A DNA stretch of 63,231 nt, filler included, from Aduncisulcus paluster (GCA_024181965.1; 8 parts of 8 records of this genome joined end to end with filler, not necessarily neighbours in it), one strand, 5' to 3'. Shown: positions 43,431 to 56,752, numbered from the whole stretch's first letter. Numbers and translations are program-made. Notes: generated from the letters alone by a model not told the origin.

Positions 43431-45722
43431 CTCCGCATTCCCTGTCGTATATTCTGTCATATTTGCTTCAAGACGGTCGTCTGGTGTGCGTATCTTCCTC
43501 TCTCTCGATGCTTTCTCTCGGAATCATCATGCTACTCAAGCTCATATACCCTTGCGTGTGGCCACATGTGCTAATTCCCATTCTACCAGCTTCCTTGCTT
43601 CACATTCTGCATATGCCTGGGCCATTTATCATAGGAATACATTCATGCGATGCTCTGAAAGGTGGATCTGGGTCTATTTTGACCAAATTAGACCATTGTA
43701 TCGTGTGTAATTTTGACAATGGGTCTGTGAAGTTCTTTGGAGATCCTTCACAAAAACTACATAGTTCTGTGTCCTCCCCAAGTATTAAACGAAGCGGAGG
43801 TGGGCAGAAAACGTCAATAAGTCAACCTACAGGTCTGCCATTTCCAATATTTCCTTCAAGTTCAATATCATCGATTTCCAGTGCTCTTGTCCGAGCCAAA
43901 CGAACTCTCAAAGAGGTTCAGCATTCCAGTGTTCCCTTCGGATTTCCTATCCCTGGCCACAAAGACATGCTATTTGACCTTTATGGTGCTGTTCGCGGCA
44001 TTGAAAAGGCTGTTTTCTCTTTGTTTGTGTCATATCGGGATTATATGGCTAAGAGTAGGACCAGTGGAAACCCTGTCTTCCTTAGCAAGTCCTTCGTAGA
44101 ATCCTTCTCTCCCTCCCATCGGGCTTTCCTCTCAGCTTTCCTGTCCTCTTGTGTTGGACAGCATTTCATTGGTGAACGTCTCCGTCTCATCTCGATGACT
44201 CACACAGAGGCTGCTGTTGTCAGCGTTCGGGCATGTCCTTTCGAACAGGAATGCGAGCGGGTGAGAAGAGAGGCACAAACAAGCAAGAAAGGAAGGAGAA
44301 AGAAAGGTGACAAGTCGAAGGGTGACTCAAAGTTCCTAGAATCGGTCAGTGGTTTCTTCCAAAATGTTTTCTCGAGATCTAAGGGGAAAGATGGTCGAAG
44401 TCATTCAAATAAGAAAAGAATTGCCAGTAAGGATGATCCTTTCGACATGAATGAATTATCTTGCAGTGTTGGCCAAGGAAATGCTGAACTATCAGGTGCT
44501 TCTATCGAATCCATGTATCTTCCTCCTCCTCCCCCACCTGAGGCCCCTTCCAGGGTGTCCAAGGCTGGCGAGAATACAGATTTCTTGTTCTCCCATCTTC
44601 CTCCGCCACCTGCCAGAACTGTTGGTGAGAAACAACGTCCTGTTGGTGAGAAACAACGTCATGTTTCGCTCATCTCTCACCCTCTTGCTAAAGCTGATCC
44701 TCTCCCTCTCCCAGTTCCTGATGGTGCTACTCGGATGCAGCGTAGTCTTAGCAATCCCACACAAGGCAGTAACGAGAGGACTCACTCTCCCCTCCTCTCT
44801 CCACTGTCTACACAAGGACATCCCCTGAAGAATGGAGGGAAAGATCCATCATCACGTGGGAAACATGCCCGTAGAGTGAGTTTTTCAATGGATCAGACCG
44901 GTACTACACATGATGTTATACCTGGAATGAGTCCAAGGTCTAAAAATGCACCAAACGCTTCTCCGATGGCAGAAGTAGCCGCTCCTTCGACTCTGTTATA
45001 TCCTCTTGCTCTCTCATCATCGTTTTTCAACCTCCATTCGATGTTTACACCATACATTATCCAAGAGAAGAGAAGAATGAAGAAAGAGCGGAAAGAAAAG
45101 AGGAAATTGGAAGAAGAGAGGAGGAGAAAGAAGAATAATCATTCTCCAAATTACAACAAGAAGAGGAATTCATCCATTTCTGCTCCATTAGTTGGAACCA
45201 CTCTCGTTGACAAACCTAAAGGAGATGAGCAAACAACAGTTGTTCAAAATTCAGCAATGAGATGCACTTCTTTGGCCGTCCCTTCGTTTGACTCCTCTTC
45301 TCAGTGTCATAGACGTGAGGATATTCCACCCAAAGATGTGAAAGAGAGTGAAAGAAAGGTTGAAAAGCAAGAAGAGAAGAGTTCCGTTCCCAAATCTGCA
45401 GATATGTTCGATTCGTTGTTTGATATGATTGTTCAAGATAAAGCAATTCCATTAATACCAGAGAGAGAGAGAAGCGATTGATCCCTTCAAAGATCATCGT
45501 AAAGAGACAACCAAACAAGATCATCAACAAGATCATCAACAAAGAACTCGAAAGCCATCGGCTGCATCATTAGCTTCATTCTTTTCGATGGAATATCAAA
45601 AATCAAAGTCCCAAAAGGTGAATACTACTGTTCAAATGAAGACTAAAGACTCGAAAAGTGATCATGAAGTGTCAAAAGCTAAACCAAGCGATCCATTAGA
45701 CGATCTATTGGATTTATTTTGA
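43431..45722 (+). CDS. DENN-domain Rab GEF (end of cDENN plus dDENN, Pro-rich tail); 5'-partial; frameshift at (GA)6
   Basis: LIYPCVWPHVLIPILPASLLHILHMPGPFIIGIH and FLSKSFV...FLSAFLSSCVGQHFIGER are DENN consensus; a +1 frame continues from 45471 to DPLDDLLDLF-TGA at 45722. Confidence 0.88.
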
Positions 45723-45911
45723 ATTCTATATTGTCTATGAAAAAGAAGAATCATTGATTTAGATCAACATTATAGACAGATAAAGTAGAATATTTATTAT
45801 ATATATTTGGAATGACGCTGTAGTTATTATAAAAATGGCATTTTTATGGTCTTTACACGAGCTTATTTTATTAAAACATTTTTGTAAATCTTTTTCAATA
45901 CATTTTTTGTA

Positions 45912-45945
<34 letters not shown>

Positions 45946-45946
45946 C

Positions 45947-48710
45947 TCACAAATATCCTATTTTTCTCATGATTTGGGTGAGATTGTAAGTTTCACCATT
46001 GATGAGAAAGTTCTTTAAGTCCTTAACATTCTCCCAAGCTTGGCTGATTGACCCTCTGTCACGATAATCTTTTATAATAAGCTTTTGGAATGTGTCTTTC
46101 AATATTCTGGCCTTTTCACAAAACCCTTCAAGATCACTCAGAGGACGGTACCAATCTGTATCCTCCAATTCGAACAAAGGATCACCTCCGTCGAACTTTT
46201 TCTTCATTTGAATTCTCTGATACGCGATCTCTCTCTCTATCCATCTTGAACCGATGAGGGCAGGAGAAAGGAGGATAAAAACCTTGGAACAATGAATAAA
46301 TACTCAGCCCGAGAGAGTACAAATCACCCTTTCGCGAGGGTTGGGGTGAGTCTGACATCATTTCAGGTGGAGAAAATACAAATGTCGCCGGAGCAAAACA
46401 TTTTTTTAGATGGGAAGGACATTCTTCTTTTGTTTTGATTCTCGTTGAGGAATATGTTGAAAGATCCGCTGAGAGTCCAAAATCCGAAAGAATAACTCTA
46501 TATTCAACTTGTCTATCAACGAGGAATCGCTTGACAAGGAAATTCTGAGGTTTTATATCATGGTGTGAGAGCTGCGTCCAGTCTTGTTTAACCTGAAACA
46601 CAGCTTCAATCATCCCAATAGAGAGGAAGAAGATAAGTAAAGCAAGGTTTTTCTCACTGCATTTCACTTTGTCCTGCACGATTTTCTTGCCCAAATCACT
46701 GACAGAGCCAACTTCACAGTATTCCATCAAATACCCAACTTCACCAGAGTAACATCCATTTGTAGCTGTTAATTCAAGATTATACACTATTTTGAATGGC
46801 TGTGGAATATAGCCTTCACAACGCTTATATAATGTATATTGATGATTAAACTCAAGCACAAAATCTTGAAGGTCTTTTGTTGAGTAAAGGTTTTCTTTTT
46901 TGCGAAGCATTTTTAGCGCAACTTTTTTCCCCTCAAATATAATACAGTGAACTTCCCCAAAACCTCCAGACCCACACAATGATGATGCGCGTTTCGTCGG
47001 AAATTCATGAAACGGCGAAAATTTATGATCTTTCACTTTATCAAATACATGAACCGCTTCATCTGGTTCCTCCCTTTCAGCTGCACCCTGCTTCCTTGAA
47101 TCCTCGCCATAATCATCTCTTCCTGGATAAACTTCATATGGATAACTTGGGTATGGCGATTGAGAGGGAAAGTGAGTTTGAGGAGGAACTGGTTGAAAAT
47201 AACTTTGAGATTGACCAGAAAACCCACTTTGCATCGGATGATACTGAAAATACGGTGGTTGAGCACTGGGATATTGAGGCATTGGATACAATCTTGAAGG
47301 AACAAAAGGAGAAGATAGATGAGAAGGATTTCCCATGTGTGACATCGATGGGGGTAAACTTGAAGGAAGTTGGCTCGAACCGGTATGAGGACCACCAGAG
47401 GACATGTACATTGGATGAGATGTTGATGCTGGAAAGGAAAGAGGGGAAACAACGGGAGGAGGGACACTTGTGGTTTTCTCTTCTGTTTCATATGATTTCA
47501 ATTTATCATCAAGAATCGAAGAAAAAAAATTCAACACAGGTGTATGTACGGTTGGAGTGGGTGAAGTTTGAGGAAGTGTAATCGGTTTGGTTATTTGCCG
47601 TTTTTTAATTGAACCATAATATTCGTTATATGCAGATTTAACACAATAATCGCTATTCGAATACAATTTTTTCATTCGATCATCAAAACAACGTAACTTG
47701 ATAGAAATGGAGTCATTTGCGGATAACTTTGAAAGAAGAATTTGCCAATTCTTTAAACCTTGGGAACAGCGATTCTCCATAAAGATACGATGCCAGTTAT
47801 CGAGATGGGAACTTACAAATTTGTAGATTTGAGGAGAAGTTGTTTCCAAGCAAACCCCAGCGAAAACCAGAAGAATATGGTTATGATCAATAATGTTATC
47901 CTTATCAAAGAATTTGGAGAGAATAGAGGGCACTAAATCTTTCACGATTTTATAAATCTTCTCGGAATAAGTTCTATTAATTTGATATTGCGAATCTCTG
48001 AATCTCAATAATTTCTCATTAAATAATAAATTTGCAAGAATTTGAGTGAATAATATACAATTATCAGGACTCTTTGCAAGTTGATTGTACAGAGACTTAT
48101 AATCGGTTGGGTCCGGAAACCAGATGCCAAAAACACCATTACGCATATCCCTGACACATACAAGATCGTCATCAAAAGACGAGAAAGTCAACGCTTCACA
48201 CAAATGAAATAATTCTGTCGTAGATTCTTTATCAAGTGAAGAGACAATGAATTTAGATTGGAAGAAGAGGAGAAGGGGATATTCACACAATAACAGCTGA
48301 TAAATCCTCTTTTTCTTTTCTGCATTCACCTTGCCCGTAAATTTCTTCAAACAGCACGTTAAAATGCGAAATAAGTATACGATAGCTCCATGAACATCTC
48401 GGTGAATGGTCATAAAAAGAGATGGAAGAATGAGAAATAGAGAATCCATGGAGACAATAGAAAGGGGATAGAAAATACTCCCATCTGATTCTTTATGGAT
48501 AACGATGGTACTAAGAAATTTTGTGAACTCGATAACTTTGGAGCAATTTCCTTTGGATAAAAATGCTTGTTCGGCACACTTCTTAATCCATGGAAATAAT
48601 TGGGGAGAATAGTTTTTAAAAAGACTATCCTTGGCTTCACATGGTGTATCTTCAGCTTTTTCCACCAATATACGTAGAAAATCACTATCTACGAAAGGGG
48701 GATAGTTCAT
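45947..48710 (-). CDS. Ser/Thr protein kinase with N-terminal helical-repeat region and Pro/Tyr/Gln-rich linker; frameshift at (GA)5A near the C-terminus
   Basis: GSGGFGEV, VALK, HHDIKPQN, DFG, FSPPE, DLYSLG; ORF 45947-46207 supplies the remaining C-lobe helices in the +1 frame. Confidence 0.88.
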
Positions 48711-49100
48711 GTCAAAATATCGAATAATACAAGCTTATAAAATAAAAATATTTAAACCAAAACCAAAATAAAATCAAATTTTACCAAAAAATAATTAATT
48801 AAGCTGCAAAATTTGGCTTTTTTTGAAATTGGATGTGTAAATCCCGAAAAATAGGATTCTCTCCTGTATTTTTGATGGATATTGTGAATCAGGACGATTT
48901 ACGGGAATTAATCGTCATTCTTTTTGTTTTTGGATTTAAGTCGGACTGAGTCGAGGCTAAACCCGGGTCTCTGTTAGTCTATGCTCCAGATGAGTCAACC
49001 NNNNNNNNNNNNNNNNNNNNNNNNNNNNNNNNNNNNNNNNNNNNTTAATTAATTAANNNNNNNNNNNNNNNNNNNNNNNNNNNNNNNNNNNNNNNNNNNN

Positions 49101-50287
49101 GTCCTTGTTGAGGTTGTATTGTAGAAGTTGGGATCGACTTCGTTCATCTCTTCTCCTTCGATAAGCTTGATATACGATGAAGGGACAGTCCCAGCACTGC
49201 CTGAACTGCTTGTACATCCACTCCAACCGCCTTGAGTCTGGTAATACACATTAACATGCTCTCCACGTTCAATACTCAGCTCATCGGAGTTCCCAGGTCT
49301 TGCTTTGAAGGTATACAAGACAATGGCTTGTGCAGGTGGACTGAAACTCTTGTGTTGCTTCTTGGGACGGAATAGTCCCACAGGCCAGGAAGAAGAGGAG
49401 GAAGTGGCCAGGTCTGACCCGTGCATTGTTGAATCCACGGTTGTTCTATCCATCCTTTCGCTCCTCCTCAATGAATCGCGTTGGTCTTCTCTTCTTTTAT
49501 CTTCTTCTCTTCGTTTATCTTCTTCTCTCCTTGCTTCCTCTTCTCTTCTTGCTTCCTCTTCTCTTCTTGCTTCCTCTTCTCTTCTTGCTTCCTCTTCTCT
49601 TCGAATTATCTCTTGTTCTCTGCGCCTTCTACCTTCTTGCTCCTCTTCTCTTCGGATTCGTTCCTCTTCTCTCCGAACTCGTTCTTCTTCTCTTCGCCTT
49701 CGCCCATTTTCTTCCTCTTCTTCTCTTCGAATTCTCTCTTGTTCTTTTTTCTCAGAAGATCTCAATATACTCTTTTCAGAAGTCCACTCTTTTCGCAAAG
49801 AACGCATATCATCCATCAATGAACGTACTTCACCTTCAACAATTCGACGTTTTCCACTCTCATCATCAAGAGAACGCTCAAGTTCTCGTATGCGAGACTC
49901 GAGTTTCTCAATTCTCTTCTTTTGAGCCGAGCATACATGTGTCACATCATCTAACGCACGATTAAGCTCTTCAACTTTCTCTTCATTGCCTTCAGCAGAC
50001 ATACGGACCAATCTGGCACTCAATTCAGTATTTTGTTGCATTAACGCTGAAATACGCTGGTCCCTAACGCGAACAGCTGTTTGTATCGAAGGAAGTGAGG
50101 ATTTTGATGGTGGAGGATATGATGGAGGTGCTATTGGCCTTGAAGAAGGAGGTAAAGCAGCGGTATGAGAGGGAATATGAGTTGGAGATTCATGAGATGA
50201 GGATGATTCCGCTCCAGTCTCAGAAGCTTCAAAAGAAGGTAAATTATCAAAAGTAAAATGGTAAGAATGGTCAGACGATCGAATCAT
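49101..50287 (-). CDS. Coiled-coil protein with C-terminal SH3 domain; 3'-partial
   Basis: AIVLYTF...DELSIERGE...GGWS...GTVPSSYI is an SH3 consensus; 18-nt repeats encoding REEEAR (single alpha helix-like) at ~49490-49605. Confidence 0.88.
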
Positions 50288-50466
50288 CTGCTTGTAGTCG
50301 AAGAAAACAAATCTTTTGAAATTTTGATCAACAATAGTAAAATTTCTTTACAAATAAATGATTAATTAACGTATATATCATGAAAATAATAATATTATTC
50401 TTATTATATGTCAAAATCTTGCAGGACTACATCAGACCACCTGAGCACAGAAATACAGAACATAGC

Positions 50467-51257
50467 ATTAATATCATAAATTAAATAACTATATTTATAA
50501 GAAAGAATGAAAAAGGTACATGAATATTAGATATTTTTTGATATAGAACCCCCACATTTCTCAGCCACCGCCGGTGGAAAGTTTGTGTTTTTTTTTGTTG
50601 TTGTTTTTTATAAAAATGAAAGAAATGTACAGTGCAACCACCGTACAGGGGGGTGCCCCCACGGATGGGGGCAAGGGGGGAAAATTTACTCATAGTTGGA
50701 AGAAAATAAAAGAATCGAGTTTTCATTGGGCAGATCAAGTTCTCTTCTCATGATAAAGAATAAGAATTTGCTTGAACTATTCAGAAAGAGAAGAGAAAAG
50801 CTTGGATTCGGCAAAACAACAAAGGAAAGATCGAATCGAGAAATCATCTANNNNNNNNNNNNNNNNNNNNATTAATATCATAAATTAAATAACTATATTT
50901 ATAAGAAAGAATGAAAAAGGTACATGAATATTAGATATTTTTTGATATAGAACCCCCACATTTCTCAGCCACCGCCGGTGGAAAGTTTGTGTTTTTTTTT
51001 TTGTTGTTGTTTTTTATAAAAATGAAAGAAATGTACAGTGCAACCACCGTACAGGGGGGTGCCCCCACGGATGGGGGCAAGGGGGGAAAATTTACTCATA
51101 GTTGGAAGAAAATAAAAGAATCGAGTTTTCATTGGGCAGATCAAGTTCTCTTCTCATGATAAAGAATAAGAATTTGCTTGAACTATTCAGAAAGAGAAGA
51201 GAAAAGCTTGGATTCGGCAAAACAACAAAGGAAAGATCGAATCGAGAAATCATCTAT
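50467..51257. repeat. ~385-nt direct duplication around a 20-N gap (assembly overlap)
   Basis: 50467-50850 = 50871-51257, differing only in homopolymer lengths. Confidence 0.9.
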
Positions 51258-52116
51258 AAGATGATGTGCAAATTGGGAAATAGCATTATTGATGCGTTAT
51301 TCGAGATTCAAAGGAGTTAAACGAGGGGCAGTTGTGGCATTTTGTCAATTATTTTCAGGGACAATGGGTGGAAACCAGGAACAATGAACAGAACCTGAGT
51401 ATTTTTAGTTTGTAGCAGTATTTTGGGGGGTACGGTAAATATCACACATTTGAGTTCAAATTTATGACAATAAAAAGAACAATAAGGTATCAAAAGGTTC
51501 AGAATCAAACAGATATCATTGACAAACAACAACACACACAATAACGAGCAGCAAACAACACCAAGCGTTAAAGGGGGGATAGTGGCATGGACATCGAGTT
51601 GCAATGACTGTAAGCCCCGTTTTTATCATGATATTCCAGTATACTAGGAATATCGTGGAAAATATTCTTAAGAGGTTGAACAATGAAGAAGATATGAAGG
51701 CACAGTAAAAATATGGGAATCAAATAAATAAAACCATGCAATTTGCTCCACAAGATGTTTTTGGGATGAAATTGGATCTTTTATCATGTTTTATCCTCTT
51801 ATTCTCACCGATAAAAAACTCATCCCAAGAAAGGGAATAAAACATCATATTTCGATGTTTAGAATTGAATATTTCAATTGACAGCAATCAGCAACAATGC
51901 ATTTGGTGGGAATCACTTTCAATAGAATTGCATATAGCAACAAAATTAACTGGACGCAGCTGAATCATTGGATAAAGCATTAATTTTGCCGGGATCGAAG
52001 CTTTTATTGGTTAAAAAAGAATAAATTGAATATGCAGTTATTTTTATTGTTGTATTATCTTTAATTGACCTGAGGGATGGAAATTGATCGTTTCTCGCCG
52101 TTATAGACAATAATAA

Positions 52117-53103
52117 ATGAATTTTGCAACACATATGAATATTGAGGAAAAGGTTGATTCCATTATATCACTAAATGAATATCTATTACATGAAAATGAT
52201 CTATTAGAAGCTTTTATCAGCAGAATATCAGCTATGAAAATGCCAGCCGAGGAAAGGATAAAGGTTGAGAATGCCTTAAGTAGGCATGGTAAAACCCCAG
52301 TCGAACATATAGAAAAACATTTAATTTGTTCTTTTGAAGCAGAAAAATTGCGTAGTGATATCGAATCCATTAAAAAACAAGGAACCAAAACATTAACTGT
52401 ATTTAAATCCCTTAAAATAGTTTCACAGGAACAAATGGCCTTCCAGCGACGAGCTTTAAATGATTTCCGTCGTTTATTATCTCAGGAAGGTTCAACAACA
52501 ATCACTGCTGATAAAGCTATAACTCACTTAATTGAATCTCAAAAACGTCAAGAAACGGACATTTCAAAGCTTGAACTTAAAATTAAAGCTGCAGAAACCC
52601 GTTTAAAAACTTTGAAAGGCCAATCTAGAGCTCGTCACGAAGGTGGAGAGCCCATTCATGTTATTGATTTTGATCAGCTTCAAATTGAAAATCAGCAGCT
52701 TTCTGATCGGATTAAGGAAAGAAATAGGGATCTTCTTGAACTCAAAAAGACAAGTGGAAATGTAACCGAGAATTTAACCAAGGTCAAGCTTTCCCTCCAA
52801 TCTTTGGCCAGTGAAGCTTCATGGTTGAGAAAAGAGATCGCTGCACGTACACATGCGATTCAAAAGGGCAGTACTGACATGCTCACAGTGAAAAGACAAT
52901 TGTCAGTAGCAGAGTCTCAGTTTAAACAGTTTAAAAGACGAGAATTGAGTGGAGATGGCCCAGAAGTTATTCATTATATCCGTGTTAAAGCAGAAGAAGG
53001 GAAATATAAGAGAAGTGTGAAAGAATGGGAGAGGAAACTTCAAATTGCCAAATTGTGTGCCAAATCAAAGCCAAGAACTATAGAAACAGAGCCTTATGAA
53101 TAA
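52117..53103 (+). CDS. CCDC113: Cilia/flagella coiled-coil protein CCDC113 (DUF4201 family)
   Basis: IHVIDFDQLQIENQQLSDRIKERNRDLLELK (DUF4201 core) and PEVIHYIRVKA...VKEWERKLQIA, the CCDC113-type C-terminus. Confidence 0.85.
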   Translation: MNFATHMNIEEKVDSIISLNEYLLHENDLLEAFISRISAMKMPAEERIKVENALSRHGKTPVEHIEKHLICSFEAEKLRSDIESIKKQGTKTLTVFKSLKIVSQEQMAFQRRALNDFRRLLSQEGSTTITADKAITHLIESQKRQETDISKLELKIKAAETRLKTLKGQSRARHEGGEPIHVIDFDQLQIENQQLSDRIKERNRDLLELKKTSGNVTENLTKVKLSLQSLASEASWLRKEIAARTHAIQKGSTDMLTVKRQLSVAESQFKQFKRRELSGDGPEVIHYIRVKAEEGKYKRSVKEWERKLQIAKLCAKSKPRTIETEPYE

Positions 53104-53523
53104 ACTTTATTGAGTATTAAATACTAATTAAATATGCCATTACGAACGAATTTAATTTCACTTTTTTAAACGTAGCATGAGTTACTATTTCTTCATGGTA
53201 GAGCTTTGACATATACAAAGCACAAATCTCAGTATTAAATGTATCGGATGATCATGATCTGGCATTGGAATTGGAGTTGGATTTGGAGTTGGAGTTGGAT
53301 TTGACTGCGGGGAAATGTCATGTTCCATGAAGCATCAGGGGATTAGATTCGTAGCAGTATACAGACATATGTATACAGACATATGTATACCATCGTATTT
53401 CGAGTTCTTGATATTTTTGATTGNNNNNNNNNNNNNNNNNNNNNNNNNNNNNNNNNNNNNNNNNNNNTTAATTAATTAANNNNNNNNNNNNNNNNNNNNN
53501 NNNNNNNNNNNNNNNNNNNNNNN

Positions 53524-55879
53524 CAATGAGATCACCCTCACACATCAACTTGTAGACAGTGTCACAGAGCTCGCTGATAACACGTTTACGATCATCCAAA
53601 CCATAGTACAGAGTGAAGACAGATACAACAAGAGGAATATGAAAGGCATAGTCTTCACCTTCGTCGGCACGTTTGACGGACACAGCGACCATAGCCTCGA
53701 GAAGTTCCTTGAGCTCTCCAAAGAGAGAATCAGGGCTGTCCAAGGAGAAGAGAGTAGGTTGGAGCTTGATCATAGCAGCGATAAGGTCCCAGATGCGATT
53801 GAAGAAGGTAGTAATGATTGAGATTGGAGAAGAGTGGGCATTGGCACGAGAGCCAAGAACAAGAACAGCACGGACAAGTGGCATCAGAGAGGGACCAGAA
53901 AATGGAACCTCTCCAGGACCTTCACTTCTTCCAACGTGGAACAGAAGGCGACCAAGAGCAATGTATTGGGCTGCATTAACATAAGAGTCAAGAACAGAGG
54001 GCATGTTACGGATGAATGATTGGATATGACCACCTTTACGGATAAAGAACCATTCACCACGAGAGACTGAGCACACCTTACTAGGATGAGTGGCAGGATA
54101 AGGTTCTTCTTCTTCCTCTTCCTCTTCCTCTTCTTCCTCTCCCTCTCCGGGACAGTCTTCCTCCTGCTCCTCCTCTTTCTCCTCAGGTAATAACTTGTCA
54201 TCATGAACCTCGATATCATCAAGACCTTCGATTTCTTTCCTACTCGCAGAGAAGAGAGAAGGGCATTCTGGAATACGTACAGCGTTCTTTCCTTCTACAA
54301 TCTCACCGCTAATGAACCTGCTCACATTGAATAACATATCTGGACGGATCTTCTTCTTACCTTGAGGAGTGCTGTACAGCTGATACAATTCATGGGCAAT
54401 GTTACTCAGCTGACGTTGGGAATAACCAGATTTGGCCAGAGTATGGCTTTCGACATAAGTACCCTCTAAGAGAGGAAGACAACAACGTAAGAACTCTGTG
54501 GTATCGGTCTTTACCAAGTCAATCATTTTTTTGTAGTTCTTATCGGCAAGAGCAATACGAGAGGGGTGCAGAGGATCCAATTCTGGGTCAACGGTCAAAG
54601 AAACAGAGTTTTCACCGAAAGAAGAGATTTGTTTATGAGTGGCTTTGTTCTTATCATGAAAACTGGCGTGGAGACCTCTCATACAATAAGCATCTAAGAG
54701 TCTGGGGTTGGGAAGACAAGCTTCGAGAGAATTAGCAAGTTTGGATTCTCCAACAGCCCTACAGAACCACACGGCTTCATGGCATGTCACCAAATGTTTC
54801 TTGGGAATGGCATTTTCATACATGTGACGAAGGAAACACAAGGGGAAGGCATAGGTCATGTATTCAAGGTTACGATGGATAGCAGTCACTCTAAATCTAC
54901 GAGAGCAAGATAAGGCAATAGCAAGGAGGAAATCTTGGAGTACGTACTTGGGAATATCCTGTTCTTCATCTTTCTTAGATTTGGAGGCAAAAATGGCACG
55001 AAGACGCTCTTGCTCCTTGGCTGGACCAACGGTATCCTCTTTTCCAAATCTCGGGTATTTCTTGTACACAGAATCACAAAAATCTTCAATTCTCTTGCGG
55101 TATTGTTCAGGGATACGACGATCAATGAAAAGAAGTGGAAGGAGTTGATAAACAGACTTAAGAAGAGTATCAATTGGCAAATGAGTTTTTTTATCGTGTG
55201 AAATGGAAAAGAGACGCTCAATTGTGAGATTACGGATGTAGTTCATCCATCTTGGGGGAATATGGCGACCTTGAGCGGTGACAACGGCAACCTCTGAAAA
55301 ATCAGCATTGGGTTGACGATCACTGAGAGGAATTAACTCGTGGGAATTTTGTTTGTTGTGAATAGACGCAACAAGGTCGGCAATAGTGTACTTGGAAACA
55401 AGCTCAGAGGTACAACTAGCGAGTGGAACATGGGAGATACCTTCCTTGCGAATAGAATAGTCGAATAACGCATCACAAAGCTTATGAACATTGGGATCTT
55501 CGGAGGAGTTGTTCATTTTGTAAATGGCCAAACGCACATTATAACAGGAGTGGTCGAGACGCTCCTTAATATATTCAAAACCCAATTTACAGAGGAAAGA
55601 ACGGGGCGTTTTCTGGTGAAGCATATGAATCATATATTTCTGGACGAAGATATGGGAAGATTCCAATTTCATCCAAAACTTTGCCCAATTGGCCTCATTT
55701 TGATGCGCAGATGATTTTAAAGCGAATAAATACATATCATAGAGAGAAGGATCGCCAATGAATTCTTCCATAGCATCAACAATGGCGGGATGGGTTTTGA
55801 CGGCCTTAACAATCATTTGTTTCCTTTTTGAAACGGTCAATTGAGATAAGACATCATCAATCAAAGTTTTAATTTCCAT
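53524..55879 (-). CDS. Large hypothetical protein, N-terminal part (continues in 61000-63231)
   Basis: 785-codon ORF running into the scaffold end; last 477 nt are the reverse complement of 60998-61474. Confidence 0.85.
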
Positions 55880-56752
55880 TTTTAATCAAATGTGAAACAA
55901 AATAAGCATTGGGATGATAATGCTTTCCATCGACTCGGAATTATTCGGAATAACCGATCACAACAATCAAAATCAGGAATTTTCAGTGAAGAAATTGGTC
56001 ATAAAAATTATGTAGATTTGCAATATCAGTTTAATAAATCAATTATTTTATCTGTTTCTAGAGGTATACACGCTTCGGCGGGAAAAAAAAAAAAACTAAA
56101 AACTGACAAAAGGTGGAATTCAAACAAACCAAAAAAATAATATCATACATTGTCGAATAATTTATTAGTTGAAAGGATTGATAACGCACAATACCATAAA
56201 ATTGGACAAAACGAAATTATCCAAAAATACAGGGTCATTCTGAGTCGTAATGAGAAAAAAAATCGTTGTATCATATTTTCCGATTGAAATCTGACATAAT
56301 TATGGAATGATTGGGTGAGAGATACTCACTATTCATAATACTTTGAAGATGTAACTGTCTTGTGGAGCTAAAAACACATACTAAATTACTATTTTAGTGA
56401 CTTCGAGCATTCTCAATGACAACCATCATTAGTATTTGAATGGATGTTCCACAATCCCATAGATGAAAGTTAAACAATAAAATAAAATAATAAATTTCAA
56501 AGAAAAGAACTTATATATTGTCACAATAATGCTATTTTTATAACATTATGCTACTGTCCCATATTAATAACTTCTCAACAAATATGGATGAAGAAAGAGA
56601 GGAATTGAATCAATAAGGGAATCAAGGAAATCCATGCATATGTGAAGAATGAATCTTGAAGACAATACAGAACAGTATTTCATGAATAAAGGTGAAGAAT
56701 AAATAAGAATATAAGACAAAATAGCTAAACACAAAACCAAATATAACCGAGA

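Noticed and set aside
48875..49000. ORF start with an in-frame TGA (MDIVNQ...KSD*VEAKPG...) suggesting selenocysteine or readthrough
   Set aside because: Only 17 codons follow before the scaffold ends, compatible with chance; no SECIS or homology visible
50620..50760. U2 snRNA on the minus strand (UUGCAC near a 3' hairpin)
   Set aside because: No GUGUAGUA branch-pairing sequence and no good Sm site upstream
51102..51900. Decayed transposase or gene in the ORF-poor stretch
   Set aside because: Only short ORFs with no DDE, RT or other recognisable motif and no matching terminal repeats
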